The position numbers and the translations under genes are program-made. From positions 1,922,001 to 1,986,000 of the forward strand of contig JAYWIR010000019.1 of NCBI GenBank assembly GCA_036172245.1: a stretch of 64,000 bases of DNA, written 5' to 3'. Origin of the DNA: Raillietiella orientalis (Eukaryota). Under the pieces are notes generated by a model. It did not search any database. It worked only from the letters and a program-made list of their open reading frames with translations, and was not told the origin of the DNA. Each line of letters opens with the position of its first letter. Within the stretch, counting starts at the first letter, position 1. Positions 10,621 to 25,077 of this stretch are shown piece by piece.

Positions 10621-13600
10621 ATGCAACTACTCCACCCTCCGGCTGGAATCAGGGTTGCCAGTAAATTTAGCTTGGGAAAAGTTCCAAGACGGGCATCTCG
10701 TGCGACCGCCTTCTTCGAAGTTCCCAGAGGCGGACGGGACGGAGACTTCGCGGGTTACGGCTTCCACGGAAGACGCGTTCGAGACCATCGGGGGCAACGG
10801 GGGTCGGGAGGAAGAAAATTTCCTTCCAGTTCTCCGTCTTCCCGACTCGTGCAGGCGCCCGTGAAAGAACAGAGCGAATGACGGCCTCCAAAAGACAATG
10901 CCCGCACCTTTCCCACAAGGCAGTCATCGTGACGCTCTCAGTAGGGAGCAAAAGCGACACGGCACGCGTGACAACGGAAGGCACAAGAAAGATGCTCTGA
11001 CCCACGTCCTGTTGCGGGTAGGGCATTCCCGGATGGGAAGCCACCGTCCCAGAAAGAGGTGTCACGAGCAGAGGGCACCCTGATTCGAAGGATTTCAGCA
11101 TCCGTCGTCCAGCGGATCTCCGCTCTCTTTGCTCGTCCACGTTCGAGTGGGCGCAGAGTTCGCTCCGCTATTCCTTCCAAGAAGCTGCTCCGGAGCCGAC
11201 CACAAGACAAGAGCGAGCCCGGCTGGCAGGCGCACCCTGTGCATCGCGCGAGGGATGTTGCGAAGAAACGTGCGTGCACCGCGGAGATGACCACGGACAC
11301 CCTTCTGCTGTTTGCACGCTTCGCCACCCCGCTTGCAAGAAGGGGTGGCGAAGTATGGCTTTCCAGGGCGTTGCGAAGAATTTGCGAGTTTGCGTTTTTT
11401 TTTTTTTTCCTTCCTTCCCCGGGGCGCTGTTTATTGATCTGCTTAAAAGCGTGGGCAAAACAACTTTCAGGTTGCTGCTGCTTAACGGAGGTGCGGGAAC
11501 AGAGCTGGGAGGGAACAAATCCTGAAGGAAACCGTGCACCCTTAGGTAAGGACCCGCTCGGCGTTCAGAGTGGCTCCGTGCTCAAGAAGGGTCGGGCCCG
11601 GAGTGAACCGAAAACATGGGGGACACACTTTCATCTCATCGTTGATTAGATGCGGCGACTCGAGGCACACATTTTGGGTCCTTCCCCTCCCTCCCTCCCC
11701 TTAAAGAAAAAACAAAAATCAAATCTAACCTGATGCAATGGCTACACGAACATCGTTTCTTGGGAGACGGAGCAAAGGTTCCTCGAACAATGATGAGCAC
11801 AAACAATCACATCTATCTGTTGCAGATGATTCCACCTCTGAACTCCTCCTGCATCGGATCTCGTGCTCCACAGGTGTTAGCGCATATACCCAGGATAGAA
11901 AAGTTTTGCATCTGCTGTTGTGCAGCAACTGAATCAATTAACACGTACTCGCAGAAAAAAAAAAAAAAAAAGAAAGGAATTCTTCTTTTTTTCCCTCCCC
12001 CCCCGATAGAGATAGGCTGTGAAGCTGGGAGAAAACTCCGGCGTTTCGTGGGTCCGGTCAGAAGTGAGGCTTTATTATTCGTAACACTGATGCGTGCACT
12101 CATTCGTTCGAGTGTCCAACGATACGACACCGAGGTGAAAGGTGAGAATTACACGAGAATAAAAAAAAGAAATGATCTTCATCGGAAGAGACGCAGAGCT
12201 CCAGAGTTCCAGCTTTTAGTAACTAGCCTAGAGACTCTGCTTGTTTGTTTGTTTTTTTTATAAAGTTCATGCTCCTTCTAAAATTGATGACGAGAGCAAA
12301 AGTACTTACTTATAAGGGAATCGGGGAACTCCTCCCTCCCCCTCCCCCTCTCATCTCTCTCTCTCACCGCTGCTTCCGTTTTGAAATGGCGCAGGGAATA
12401 TTCCCATGGTTAGAAAAGGCTTCCCGCGGAAATATCCAACCACCGAATGCCGTCTGCAGCGCGAGGTGCGAAAACGCTTCGGAGGAAAGAAGAAGAAAGG
12501 AAAAAAAAAAAAAAAAGACACAGTGCTGTGTATGGGAAGTTGAGAGTCCACATGCGGCTTTTCTGGCGAGATCCCGAGAGCGACGATGCTGCTCAGGGAA
12601 GATGGAAGACCCACAGTTCCGGATCGCGCACGAGGCGGAGCCGAGGCACCAGCAGTTGCAGTACGAGCAGACCGGCGAAAGAGGAAACGACCGAGTCGTG
12701 GAAACAAAGAAAGCAAAGGAAAAGAAGGGAAAAAACTTTTTTTTTTTTTTCCTTTTCCTCTGCCCATGCTGCAGGTTTTTGGTTCTGCGATCATTCAGGA
12801 GAGAATTCTTTGAGGCTTCGCTTTCGGAATGGCAAATGAACGCCTCATTCACATCTCGGCGCCCGCTGTGAAGAATCCACGGCTATAAAATCGCTGAATA
12901 ATTTTCGAAAACGACTTGCCATTTTAACAAGAATTCCGGAACCAGTAACCCATTTTTTTTCTTTTTTTTCTTTTTAGAAGAGCACGCCTGTCAAAATTCT
13001 CCCAAGGGTCTATTGCATTTAAGCTAGTTTGATGGTCCTTCGCTTGACATGTCAGTACGTTGCTGAATTGGTGCCGTTAATAAAGAGTCCGCCCGAAACC
13101 GTTCCACTCTTTACGCTTTGGGGATTGAGACGGAATCAAAAAGCTGGGCTACGGATCAATTTATGCCTGCTTATTCATTAGGTTCATCATCAACACATCC
13201 GTCATTTTGTCTGGACTAGCAGCGCAGTTCAAGAAGTCGGCGCCTGAGGATACCGAAAGTAGTGGACAGACAGTGATGGTTTTCAACAGGTTTCCTAAAA
13301 GAAGAGCAGCTCGGTGTTTCCCGTGTACGATTCATGCGCTTGGACCTAGTGGAAAAGATGCAGGATGATCAATCAAGGTTAATCTTGAATTTCGGCAAGG
13401 AGTAAGTTAAAAAAAAAAACAGCATGCCCCAGATCCCTGCCTGTGTATTGAAACGGTCTTCTGTCTTCATTCAGACAACATCTGCAGCACCTCCTGTGGA
13501 AATCTGCATTTTTAATTGCAGACTTTCCGAGGGAGCCAATCAGAAATTGAAAATTCCATTAGATTCATGACGATTATCTGTACTCTTGATCATGTGTATT

Positions 13601-16600
13601 ATTACTGACATGTGAAAATATATGATTGACAATTTGTTGATTTTTCAGAAAAACAGATTTGTCCTCGTCTTTTCTGGAGATCCATAAATCAATTTAGTAA
13701 TATCAGTTTGTCCATATTTTTTCATTCTGTTGCACTTGTACTTTTAATGGCTGCGACCAGGGAAAAATGCAACCGAGAGGGTAGTGACATTGGATACATT
13801 GAATTGAAGTTCTAAAATGTGTTCGGATGAACTGTGCAATTGTATAGCTAATAGCACCTTCGAGATAAAAAAAAAACATTTGAAAGCATTGAGATTTTGA
13901 TGTGGAAACCCTGCAATGGAGTGTTACCATCGACACATGGCCGAAAATGCCTCACCATGTCGCCGTGAGCATTATCACTTATTTCTCGAAGTTTTTCGAT
14001 TTTCAGATGGGATGGAGACAAAACATCAAAGGGAAAAGATGCATTTAGGGAATTCCAGAGCAATTTCAATCAACTGAGAATGAAACTTATAATATGCTTG
14101 CAAAAGCAATGATGGCACCTCAATTCGATCTCCAGCATCCCGACGATTCCTGATGAATCCGGACCGCATGAGCAAACCAAGTAAATGAAGGTGTTCGCAT
14201 GAACAGACAGAACAGATCAGAGACGCAGAGAACAGTAAACAATCAATTAAAATTGAATCATACACCCTTGATGTACTGTAGTCATGATAGTACTTGGGAA
14301 GCAGCTTTTGCAAGCAACAAAATTCATGAGTAATTATGCACAGCTTCATCAGAATGGGACTGCACTAGGGAAATAGTGAGCAAAATGAAGGTCTACTAGA
14401 GCAAATAATCTAGTCATAAAAATGAGGGGTAATACTGGAAATTCAGCTACTATCATATTTGTAGCAATTACTAGCAGTAGTAATGTACTGAACTACTACA
14501 GATATTTAGGCAAAACACTTTCATAATCACAAAGGAAAGTCTCCTTGAGATAATGGCATTGTATAATCGTAAATTTCCCGTCAACTGCAAGCTGAAGAGA
14601 ATATAGTTTTTCAATTACAGGAAAGAATTTTTCTTTGAATGAATTCAACGCATTATGGCTAGAAATATCATCATGCAAGAAGGAAAAAAAAAAAAAAAAT
14701 GATTTCAGGATCTAAATTAATTCTCATATTAAATGAACGAGTCAGTGTATTATTTAATCTAAATACTAGGAAACTGTTAGAAGACCTGTATAGAAGAAAA
14801 AAATGTGTTCAAAATGTCCTATTAGGCAACTTTCAATTTTGAGATGCCCGTAGATCCTAAACAGGCTACTCAGCTTAGATCAGGGATTGTAGAAATTTCA
14901 TCCTAAAAATGGGAATCCCTCAAAGCTGTTGCATGTTTTGTTCTCTGAATGGAGATTGTAACCTTAGCAATTGACATCTTCATGTTAACTTATCACAATT
15001 TCGACGTTCCAATCTACTCGTCCTCTTATATCATACAACATGACTAAAAGCACGATGAAATTAATAGTGTGGCGATGAATTCAAATTTTGCTGTTGTTTG
15101 GGCCAAGTGAACTGATTAACACAACTTTAAAATATCACATGGAGCTCTTGCCATCAACGAGTACAATCTGCAAGTTCTAATTCGTTTCCAAATGTCGGAT
15201 TTCAGGAGGGAGAAACACTTCCTGCCTTTATGAAATTTCCGCAAAATACAATTTCGCTCTCAGAGTGCTGCAACGGTTTCCTTGACGAAGAACGGAAGTA
15301 GCCAAATCTGTGTTCAGTTCTCTCGCTCTTTGACATTTTCCTTTGGACTGTTCAAATTGGTGCTCCATTCATTGATCATCTCTTACCTCAGCTGTGCTCA
15401 CACAAAATACAGCTTCGCGCATAGAGTACAATCATATTACCACTGTGGCTAAGAGGTAGGAGGATTTTTGCTTAGGCTTTCTGATCAGTCATCTTACAAA
15501 GCGGGTGCTATTTCCTTTACAGTCGTACTCCTTATTTGTATCACCCCTACTCAATACGCTATCCTGTAAGTGGAATTGTGTTCTTTGGTGCTTTCTTATG
15601 ATCCCTTTCGTCATTTTCATCAGTCAGTCACCATAACGGATGATATGGATTTCAACAAAAAAAGATTGAAATGACCTGGTGTAATGAATAAGTAACCTCC
15701 ACGCTTAGTTTTCGAAACTGTCCTTTTTGCAAACATATACTGACATTATTAGTGATGAAAAATATATTATATTCATTGTAATTATCATATTATAATCATG
15801 CTTACATTTAAATTAGCTAAGCCTTTGGAAAAAGAAGATTCCTTCTACACCTCTACTTCTATAGATTCCTTCATGCATTTTCTAGTTTCGCTGTTTTTTT
15901 CGTAAACTTTTACCTATTCTTAGTATCCTCTTCGATTTGCAGCTCAGTCAGAACCGGCTCAGCGATTTTTTCTGTGTCTTTCCTTTAAAGCCTTTCTGCA
16001 AAATTTAATCACTCTATTTTCGGTGCCTGACAGCATTCACTGGAGTATGCTCCGGACAATCTGTACTGCTACCAATACATATTTCAAAGATCACACAGAG
16101 GGAAGACTCGGTTTAATGATGGAATCGCAACTCTAGATGGAATTACAGACGTACAGTGCGGTAAGTTTCCTAGAATGCAATATTGCATTCAAACTGTACT
16201 TGACTACCACCAAAGCCAGGGAGAATCATCTGTTTTTTGTTGCATCCGTACAGAAAACTTGGCAAAAATGTGAACACCGCCTTTCGAAAAGGTTGCCTCA
16301 CTTCTTTCAACGTGCTTACATCGTTCCATCTGTTCCTTAATGCCATCTGGCAAAAAATGTTTTCGCTCGCTCGGAGCTTTGATTTCGTCATCTCTCCAAA
16401 ATCGACGCCAATGTTTTTTTTGTGTGTGCGTTTTTTGGTTTTTTGGAAAGGGGGGGGGGACCAAAAAGGAGACGGAAGCAGGAAAATACCTAACCTTTTG
16501 GCAAGGAGGCAACCATTTATACACCTTTTTTTTTTTTTTCTTTTAAACGAAATATCAACTTGATCGTCACTGCTTACCGTTGCTGCAGCTGCCCGTCAGT

Positions 16601-18094
16601 CTGAAAAGACTCCTTTTCTGCCACTTCCAAATTTTCGAGTCCCTTCCTTTATTTTCTACACTGTGTGGATATTCCTCCGTGGGAATCTCGGAGAGTTGAG
16701 TTTGTTCCTATCATAACACTCTCACGAGGGAGAGTTGCTTAGTGATGGTGTGAAAGAAAAGCGGAGACAACGTAGTTGACAACGTCTCAGTGGTACGGTA
16801 CGGTCCTTCTGGGAAGACACGCTTAGAATTGCCTGGCAACGTGACATGTCTTGACATGGGCTGCTAGTTTTACATACGAACTGCCTTTGTACCGTATCCT
16901 CATATGAGTTACATACTCTGAATTTCCCATCTGTACACGTGTGGCTTGCTCAGCAATAAAAGTAAAATAAAATGATTCTCTTCTTATTTTGTCGCGGATT
17001 AATAATTTGCATTTATTAATGTGAATAAAATTATCATTTCTTTAGAAAGTTTGGGCACTTGACAAGTATCTGGAGTAAAAAAATACAAGAGCGGAATTTT
17101 AATGTTCTGCAAGCAGTCTGCATCCTCTTGTTGGAAATTTACTATTTCCATGATAAGTTCGCGTTTGTTGTTTTCTCTAATTCCCCTTGCATCTGCAATG
17201 TGACTCTATGAATGAAAGTACTGAATTTAACATCAACCCATAACTTGATAAGCATTAATTTCTCCGTTCCAAAGTAGTCACTCGAGAGCTCAATGTAGCA
17301 ATCAACCCACAAAACCCAAAAATGATGCAAAAATTAAAAATATTGACAGGGCACCCAGAAAGGGTGCTTCTTTTTCCGGCCCTATCCCTTTTAGGAACGA
17401 AGTGTTCACTTGGTAAATTCAACCGTAGGTCTCTTAGGGAGGCTACTGGCTATTGACTGAGAATATGGTACGGTCGGAAATACACCGACTCCACTAAAAT
17501 GTACGAGATTGAGAGTTCACCACGAAATCGAAAGTTTACTTCAAAATGTAAGAGTTTTCCTTCAGCATCAAAAATGATGTCAGTTCCAACTAATGCGAGC
17601 AATGTGTCCGTTCCTTGGAGCCTGTTATGCCTGCATACCTAACATGTGATTGAGCATAAAGCAGGAAGTGGTAAATGCTTTTGTCAATGTCGAGGCTCCT
17701 TGAAGTATCCAGACATAAATAACGGAGTTACAGCGTCATGGTACATGAAGTCTGTAGTTTATGATGATACATAACATATTTCGAGTAATTTGCCAGCAGC
17801 CATAACGCAATGATAGAGTCGCTTACACGACATATGACTTCCCCACCTTGTTTCAAGAGGCAAAATATCTTTTCGATTATGTATCCTTTCTTGTAGTTTA
17901 ATGATTGAAATTTGTCGTTTCCTCATGCAGTTTTTATTTCAGTCTGTTGGAAAAACGATTGCAATTGCACATCTTCGACTTCGGTGGCCCCTCCAAAATG
18001 CCAACAGCCATTTTCCATAAGGAGATGAGTTATGCCCTTAAAAACTTTGATAAACCAAAGGATACAGAAGTGATTTTAAGTATTCATATATGGC

Positions 18095-19947
18095 ATGGGA
18101 GATTTGTATTTTTACTTTAGCATTCTTGTCATTGTTCATGCTATCATTTATTTTTTGGATCACCTCTTCCATGTGAGTATGATTTTGAATATTCAGGTTG
18201 TGTTTGACAAATAATTACTTGTCTGTAACGCGTAATTAATCCCAACAAATTCATCTGGGTATTTCAGATGCATTTGGGTACCAAATATATTTATTTCCTT
18301 GAAAACCATGGTCTTATTATCAAGCTATTCAGATTGGGGTTTTCTACAAAATACCTGAATAGGTATTTCCGAAGATGGAGAAACTGGGGTGGCAAATTCT
18401 CAAAAACCTACTTTAGTGCTGGAGTATTAATTATTTTATTATTAATAATCCCAACATATGTTTTTCTGCTAAATGAAACGTTAACACTCACTTTATCATT
18501 TTTACAAAAAAGCAAACATTCACCTGTGCTCTCACCAGTTGTAAGTAAGCTCTTAAAAAAAAATAAAATAAAATAAAAAATGTCATTATAGGTTTTAGGT
18601 ATCAATTTACCTTTCCAGTATTGGCAATATTATATTTTAGCATTGTTTATTTGTACTTTTGTTCATGAATTTGGGCATGCATTTGCTGCAGCACAGTATG
18701 TATCATTTTTGCAAAATATTTCTCATAGACTTTAAGTCATTTTCGTTGATTCCTTTCTTTATAATCTTAATTACGTGTACATTTAGAATAAAATCGATAT
18801 GTGGTTTAGCTATATTCAGAGATAATTTCAGGGAAGATGTTATGATTACTGGTACAGGATGTTTGCTGTATTTCATGTTTCCCACAGCCTTTGTTGAAAT
18901 ATGTCAGACGTCAATGGAGCAATTGCACTGTTTTTCTAAATTGAGATTATTATGTGCAGGAATATGGAATAATATTGTTTTGGCACTAATAGCATCATGT
19001 ATTTATTATTGTTTGCCAACTTTATTACATCCTGTGTATGAGGTAAACACTGGGGTCATTGTGTTAAACATTGACAAGGTAATAATGAAACAGTATAGCA
19101 TACTAAAAATTCCGTTTAGGATTCTCCTTTGTTAGGCCCCAAAGGTTTACGAAAGCATGACAGAATCCATACAATAAATAATTGCACCATAACATCATCT
19201 GAGACTTGGAACAAATGTATACTGAATAGTGTGACACAACCTCCTCTAGGGTATTGTTTTCCTCCCTATTTGTTATCAACATATCAGAATGCACATTCAT
19301 CTTGTAAGTGTTAATGGTGTGTGTAATATTCTATGGCTTTCCACTATTCAGATCTTGAAGATAACACTGATGTGGAACACTTGTTGAATTGTTGCTCAAA
19401 CTCTGACAGCAACGTGGATCTGTGCTTTGTCCATACTAATAAAAGCTTCAACTCATCTGTCAAACATTTGGCATGTTTTCCGGTGCGGCCAGCATTGGCT
19501 GAAGCTCAAGGATGGTGTGAACAGGATGCTGATTGCTATGGTACAGGAATCTGTTACAAGCCATATCTAAGAAAGAAACATCTATTGCTAAATATTGTTC
19601 GTGAGGATGAAGAAGACGTTCTCTATGTAGGAAATCCTGTTTCTTTATATCATTCAGTACACATATCAGACTATATTCCCAAGTATGCATGGGTATCTTC
19701 ATATCCTCCTGCTGTGTTAACTCTGTTGCTCACATTTTTAATTTCATTTTCCAGTGGTTTGGCCTTTGTTAATATGTTACCCTGCTATGGACTGGATGGA
19801 TATTTTTTATTGTTCACAATTGCAGATTCCTATTACACATTTACTAAGCATTTGTGGATAAAATGGATTTTAGTACCATCATTGAGTATTATGTACACTG
19901 TTTTACTGATTGTAAATGTTAGTATTGGATTGCTGAATTTGATATGA
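18095..19947 (+). CDS. MBTPS2: Membrane-bound transcription factor site-2 protease (M50 zinc metalloprotease), 6 exons
   Basis: Exons 18095-18172, 18268-18540, 18592-18695, 18832-19078, 19120-19303, 19352-19947. All introns are GT-AG and phase-consistent. Motifs: GINLP, HEFGH (HExxH), FPTAFVE, LRLLCAGIWNN, DSPLLGPKGL (PDZ), Cys-rich loop, NMLPCYGLDG (NxxPxxxLDG). Confidence 0.93.
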
Positions 19948-22900
19948 TTTTTAATATAAAGAAATCATTGATTAAGAACCCAAAATGTAACAGAATTGTG
20001 GCAAGGGAATTTTCAGTGGCATGCCTTATTGATAAGATGCATAAGCAGCTATTTAGTCAAAATTGTTTGCCATGATCTGTACCCAACAGACAGTGGATTT
20101 CAAATTAATGTCTGTGTGAATGATACTGAGCATTGGTTGCCGTCCATGTACATTTGCATTCACATCTGTTGTCCTTCGTACTTTATCAGATAAATTTTCC
20201 ATGGTGTTTTGGTAAAAAATAATGAAACACAAGCATGGAATTCTACTCTCATGTCTCACCAAAGCATCTAGTGAACAATATCTTATCCAATTTACTTTTC
20301 ATAACAGTTATAACCTCAACGAACGAGAAATTTGGCCGTCATTTTGAAATTGATTTGGAGTTACAGTTGTATTTTATATGCTAAGATATGAAAGTTAAGT
20401 TTCAATTCCGTGCATCATTTTTTGGTTTGCAACTGATCTCAGCGATGATTTATTTTTTTAAAACATTGCTGTTTTCTCCAGTGATGTAGGTTTTTCTTTT
20501 TTTCCAGATGAAATCTGTCGCTCGTTTTATTTTCTAAAAGTTTCCTTCCGGGACCGACGATATTACTGCTATTTGAATACCTCGAAAAGATGGGTTGTGC
20601 ACCATAAACGGAAGTTTTATAGTGTCCGTTGTATGTTGTATTAGCTTTGATTATTAGTGGTACAACTTTATGAGCAAACTTGAAAAGCTGTGTGGAAGAA
20701 ATGCGAAATCTAAAGGAACTAAGAACCCAAATGATCCATTTTTCTTTCATTTTCGAAAAACAATTTTCTTCAATTGAAAAGTCTCAAGTTTCTTAATATT
20801 TATTTACATTTACTGAATCCATACAGCCTTGACTGCAGACGAATTAGCAGCGAATCAGCTTTACTATAAATGCATCGATAAACACTGGGAAATTATTTTC
20901 AAAAGTATACGAAATTATGAAAAGGATGGTACTCTGATTGGAGCGGAATATTCTCGAAAATTACATCGTATAAAAGCGATTCAATTTTTCATTAAGAATC
21001 TACTCTGTCCACAAATCGTTATGAACCACGTATGAATTCTGCATTAGTCTTTTGGAAGACTTTTTCAATAAATAAAAACATTCAAAAGTTCAATTCATAA
21101 GTGCATGGCCTCCTTTTCTTCTTGACAAGTTCGAATTTGAAGAGCATAATTCCAAGATTTCCCAACACATTAAACACTGACGTACACTCAGATCAAGCTC
21201 TGCAGCTCACTAAGTCCCAGATCAGAGAAGAAAAGCCCAAAGACAAATACGAGATGTACAGTAACAACAGACTAGTACAGCAACTCACACACACCATTAA
21301 CAGAGAGGCTGCGTAATTAATAATTTTGCATTATCAACATTATGTAGTGACAGTGTGGATTTTCCGATAACAACACGGTTCTATTACAGACTGGGTGTTT
21401 CAGATACATCTGGACACCTGATACACTTATTTTATGAAAGACCATGCTCTTATTATCGAAGTATTCGGACTTGGATTTTCAAAATTTTTTATACAACGCG
21501 AACAAATTTCATATACGGTTGAGAATGCTGGTCCTCTGACGCCGGCATTGAACCCATCAGCTGATTCCCAAAAATGGAAATGAAAATATATACTAAGAGC
21601 CCACTTTCTGGATACTCATTTTGGATGAAACATAAGTACCTTACATTTACCGACTTATGTCTATTAAAACAGATGAATTCTTCACTATGGTTATTGCCTC
21701 ACATAATGTGAGATTTGTGCTTCGAGGGAGCGTTATTGTGTGGGACACCATTAATGCTGCTATACAGATATCGTATAGCATCGGCAATAGAAATAAAACT
21801 GGATTTTTTCAGTGTATGCCCATGGAAACATTTAAAAATTTTCAAGAGGGCTCGAGAGACCTGCGTTTGTGAGACAGTTCTGCAATCAACAAAACAGTAA
21901 TAGCAATAATAACAATAATACTCGATTTATGGGTGAAAATATGCTTTCCTACTCCAAAGTATTGATAGCAACATATGTGAAACGAACTTTACAAACGAAG
22001 GGAGAATTGCAGACTTGATAGCAAAAGTTTCAGATCTTGATCTAAGAAAGACTCCATTTAGGGGTTTCAAAATAGCAGACAGAGTAAGGAAATGGAAACG
22101 GATTTGTCATAAAGGTTTCCCCGCAAGAATAAAGAATTCTGCCGATTTTTTTTTTTTATAAATCACCAATTGTTTACTGATCGAATAGCTGGGAAATATC
22201 ATCAGTTTCGGATGTTACTTTTCCTTTATGACAAGTCTGTTTCCATAAAGTTCATCAGATAAGATTTGAAAAAGAAAGGTGAGAAGAGTTATTAAAATGA
22301 AATATAGGAATTGATAAAGGAAGCTTAGAAATATACAGGTGAATGCAATCTAGGGATTTGAGAGCAAAGTGTTTGATTATTGACAGGACAGAACATGGAC
22401 TAAATGCAAGAGGAAAGCAATCCAGTTTAGGAAAAGACAGAATGAAGACTAGCCATAGTAGGCCTACGGAAAATAAAAAAGAACCGAGTACTCAAAGTGT
22501 ACTGAGTTTACTTATGAATGTTTGTCAATTGGAAGCCAGCATAATTATGCAAATTAGGAGAATCGAATATCGCGAGCACAGAATGTTCAATCCGGAGTGA
22601 AATCTTACCGAATGAGTATGCAAATTGCATGCAAGCAACTCTAGTAAGGTAGTTTTGAAGTATTCTGTAGTCAATAAGATGCGTATTTTCCTTCCAAGAG
22701 TAGCATCGGAAATTATGCAAGTTTTTACACAGGCATGCATTTCCATTACACCCCACATACTGAGCAACATAAGGAATCAATCGAAATCTTCACATTACAC
22801 AATTTGAGCCAGCAAAGCTTCCGTGACAACAGCTATCAATAATCATAATAATGATAATGGTTTTCCTCATACACATACACCCAGTATCCTCATGATATAT

Positions 22901-24383
22901 ATCTTCATGATTATGGAAAACTCCAAGTAAACAAATGCAATGTCTTTGCATAAAAAGCAGCAACTACAACCCTGTTATCTTGTAAAACACAAAATTCATT
23001 CTGATCAGCCACCCTAATCAGTAAATGAAATAAGAAGATTCTGCAGGGAAAAACTTTTTAAAATTGCAACATTTTGAGCTGCTACACGTGCAGCCCAAAG
23101 CAGTAGTTAAAATAAGCAGAAAATATCACATCACAGGTATTCATGCCATATGGTCATAATTAAGAAGAAACATTAATATACGCACAAAAAAACAAAGAGC
23201 GTTAATATTAACTGAGAAGTCTATAAGAATTTTGCTTCCTTTCTCAATGAGACTCCAGTTCGAACATACACTCCAAGATCTCGGGAATGCAGAACACTTA
23301 GGCCTACTGGATTTATGTACAAGTGAACACACGAAGATCAGGGTTAGTCCAAATACAAACACCTATTCTTTGTTGTAACAACAACGACGATTGCAAACTT
23401 TTGGTTGTGATATAATCACACATGCGCAGTGAGATTCAACAAAAGCGTGATATACGTAAAACAGCACAAAGAGTCGGTCGAAATTTCAAGTTGCTTTACC
23501 TAATCAAAGCGGCAACAGATGCACTGTGTTCTACATTGCGGGCGTTGCGTAGTTACTGTTGAGCAACAAAGGTAACCTGTAGCAACGGCGAGTCATGCTG
23601 GCAAGCAAGAATTGCCGTGAAACCAGGCAGTGGGAACGAGGGGGGGAAGAGTGGTGTTTACGTTCTCACTGAAGAGCTCTGTACAATGCACGTTTCAATA
23701 AAGTGCGTGTTTGTTTGTTTGTTTCGAAGAGTTTGCTTCGCGCTTTAATCGTATTTGTGTGACTGTTCATACTTTCCTGTAAATAAGCATGCCAGAAGTT
23801 GCTCGTGAATCCCAAGGAAGAAGTTCGACACCATTGGGTTTGAGAGTTTTTCCGTTCACTTTTGCTTGGGTGAGGGTGGCGGGGCCGGAAGTACTAGTTT
23901 GCATTCCCCTGAAAGTATTTCTAATCGAGGTTTGATTTATCATTGTTCCCATAAAAGGCACACATCAACTGTTTAATTTTTCAAATTTTCCGCCATGAAA
24001 GCACCCTATTTCGCTTGCAATTTTACATATCGCGGGGCATGGTGACGATAACTTCAAAAAAATACAAATGAAAGTGGTTAACATGCGAATTTCTTGGATG
24101 CCCATTCCAAAATGAAACGTAAGTGCCTCACATTACTGAAAATCAAGATTCAGTTTGTATTCGAGTAGTGATATCTTTCATCCTGATTATTCAAACATTA
24201 AGGGGAATTTGTGCTCCAACCTCTCTTTACGAAACGAAAGACTTTGCTAAAATCACGTCAAAATGTTATAATCACATGCTGATAGTAAATGATCATGGTC
24301 TGCTTTATACAGGTTCTTAGATAACACGAAAATCTGAAAGTAAAGGCTTTTCAATGAAACATATATCCACTGTTGTTCGGATC

Positions 24384-25075
24384 ATGGGAATAGTGTATTC
24401 CAAAATACGTCGAGCATTTGAAGTTAACATGGCAGCACGTGCTCAAAAGTCTATAAGTCAGCCAAAGCGTAAGATATCTCCTAGATATGCCACAGAGGCC
24501 AAGTATGAGAAATTCAAGATCGCAGTGACTAAAAGTAATATAGTTGATATTGATTTATTAAGTTTCAGTCTTTTGTAGTGCAGTTAGAAAATCTTCAAGA
24601 GAAACACAATATCTTAAGTCAAAATCTGAGCAAGGTTTATGTTACATCACAACAGCCAGCAATGAATCCAGGTCTATAGAGTGCAACCAATGATAGGAAC
24701 TGATTTTGGCATTTTAGCTGTTCAAGCAAAGATGCCCACAGACAGAAAACCACCTCTCATTCCTCTGCATGGGGTTGTGGAGCCTACCAATGTTACTCCA
24801 GGATATATTACTCTGCAACAAGCACTACAGCTCCTTGAACAGCATCAAGAGAATTCACAAAAGTGGAATGTTCAAGTTCTAGCATCAAAGTATCAACTCT
24901 CCCAGGATAATGCAGGTGAATATTCTACCTTAGGCATTAACACTATACTGCTTCAGCTGATATCTTGCAATATTTTCGACCATTTAATGTCCACATACCA
25001 GCTCAGCAAGAGCCATCAGGACCACAATATTTTCTTGAACAGTTCAAAAAGGGTTTTTACCAATCAAAAGTTTGA
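24384..25075 (+). CDS. NDUFAF4: NADH dehydrogenase complex I assembly factor 4-like, 4 exons
   Basis: Exons 24384-24534, 24579-24671, 24718-24915, 24957-25075 (introns 44, 46 and 41 nt, GT-AG). Protein MGIVYSKIRRAF..RAQK.IS..K..ISPRY, LSKVYVTS, PGYITLQQALQLL..H....KW....LA.KYQL, ILQYFRPF follows the NDUFAF4 pattern. Confidence 0.8.
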
Positions 25076-25077
25076 AA

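Noticed and set aside
11738..11932. HLSVADD as an RT catalytic motif
   Set aside because: Isolated short match with no flanking RT motifs.
11950..12760. Poly-Lys/poly-Phe ORFs
   Set aside because: Translation artefacts of A/T homopolymer runs.
16740..17040. Solo LTR candidates here and at ~23520-23770 (TG start, AATAAA)
   Set aside because: No second copy, PBS/PPT or target-site duplication could be identified.
21385..21900. Tc1/mariner relic (TIR-like GGGTGTTTCA and a W.P.TP.LNP-like string)
   Set aside because: Motifs are too degenerate and no matching second TIR was found.
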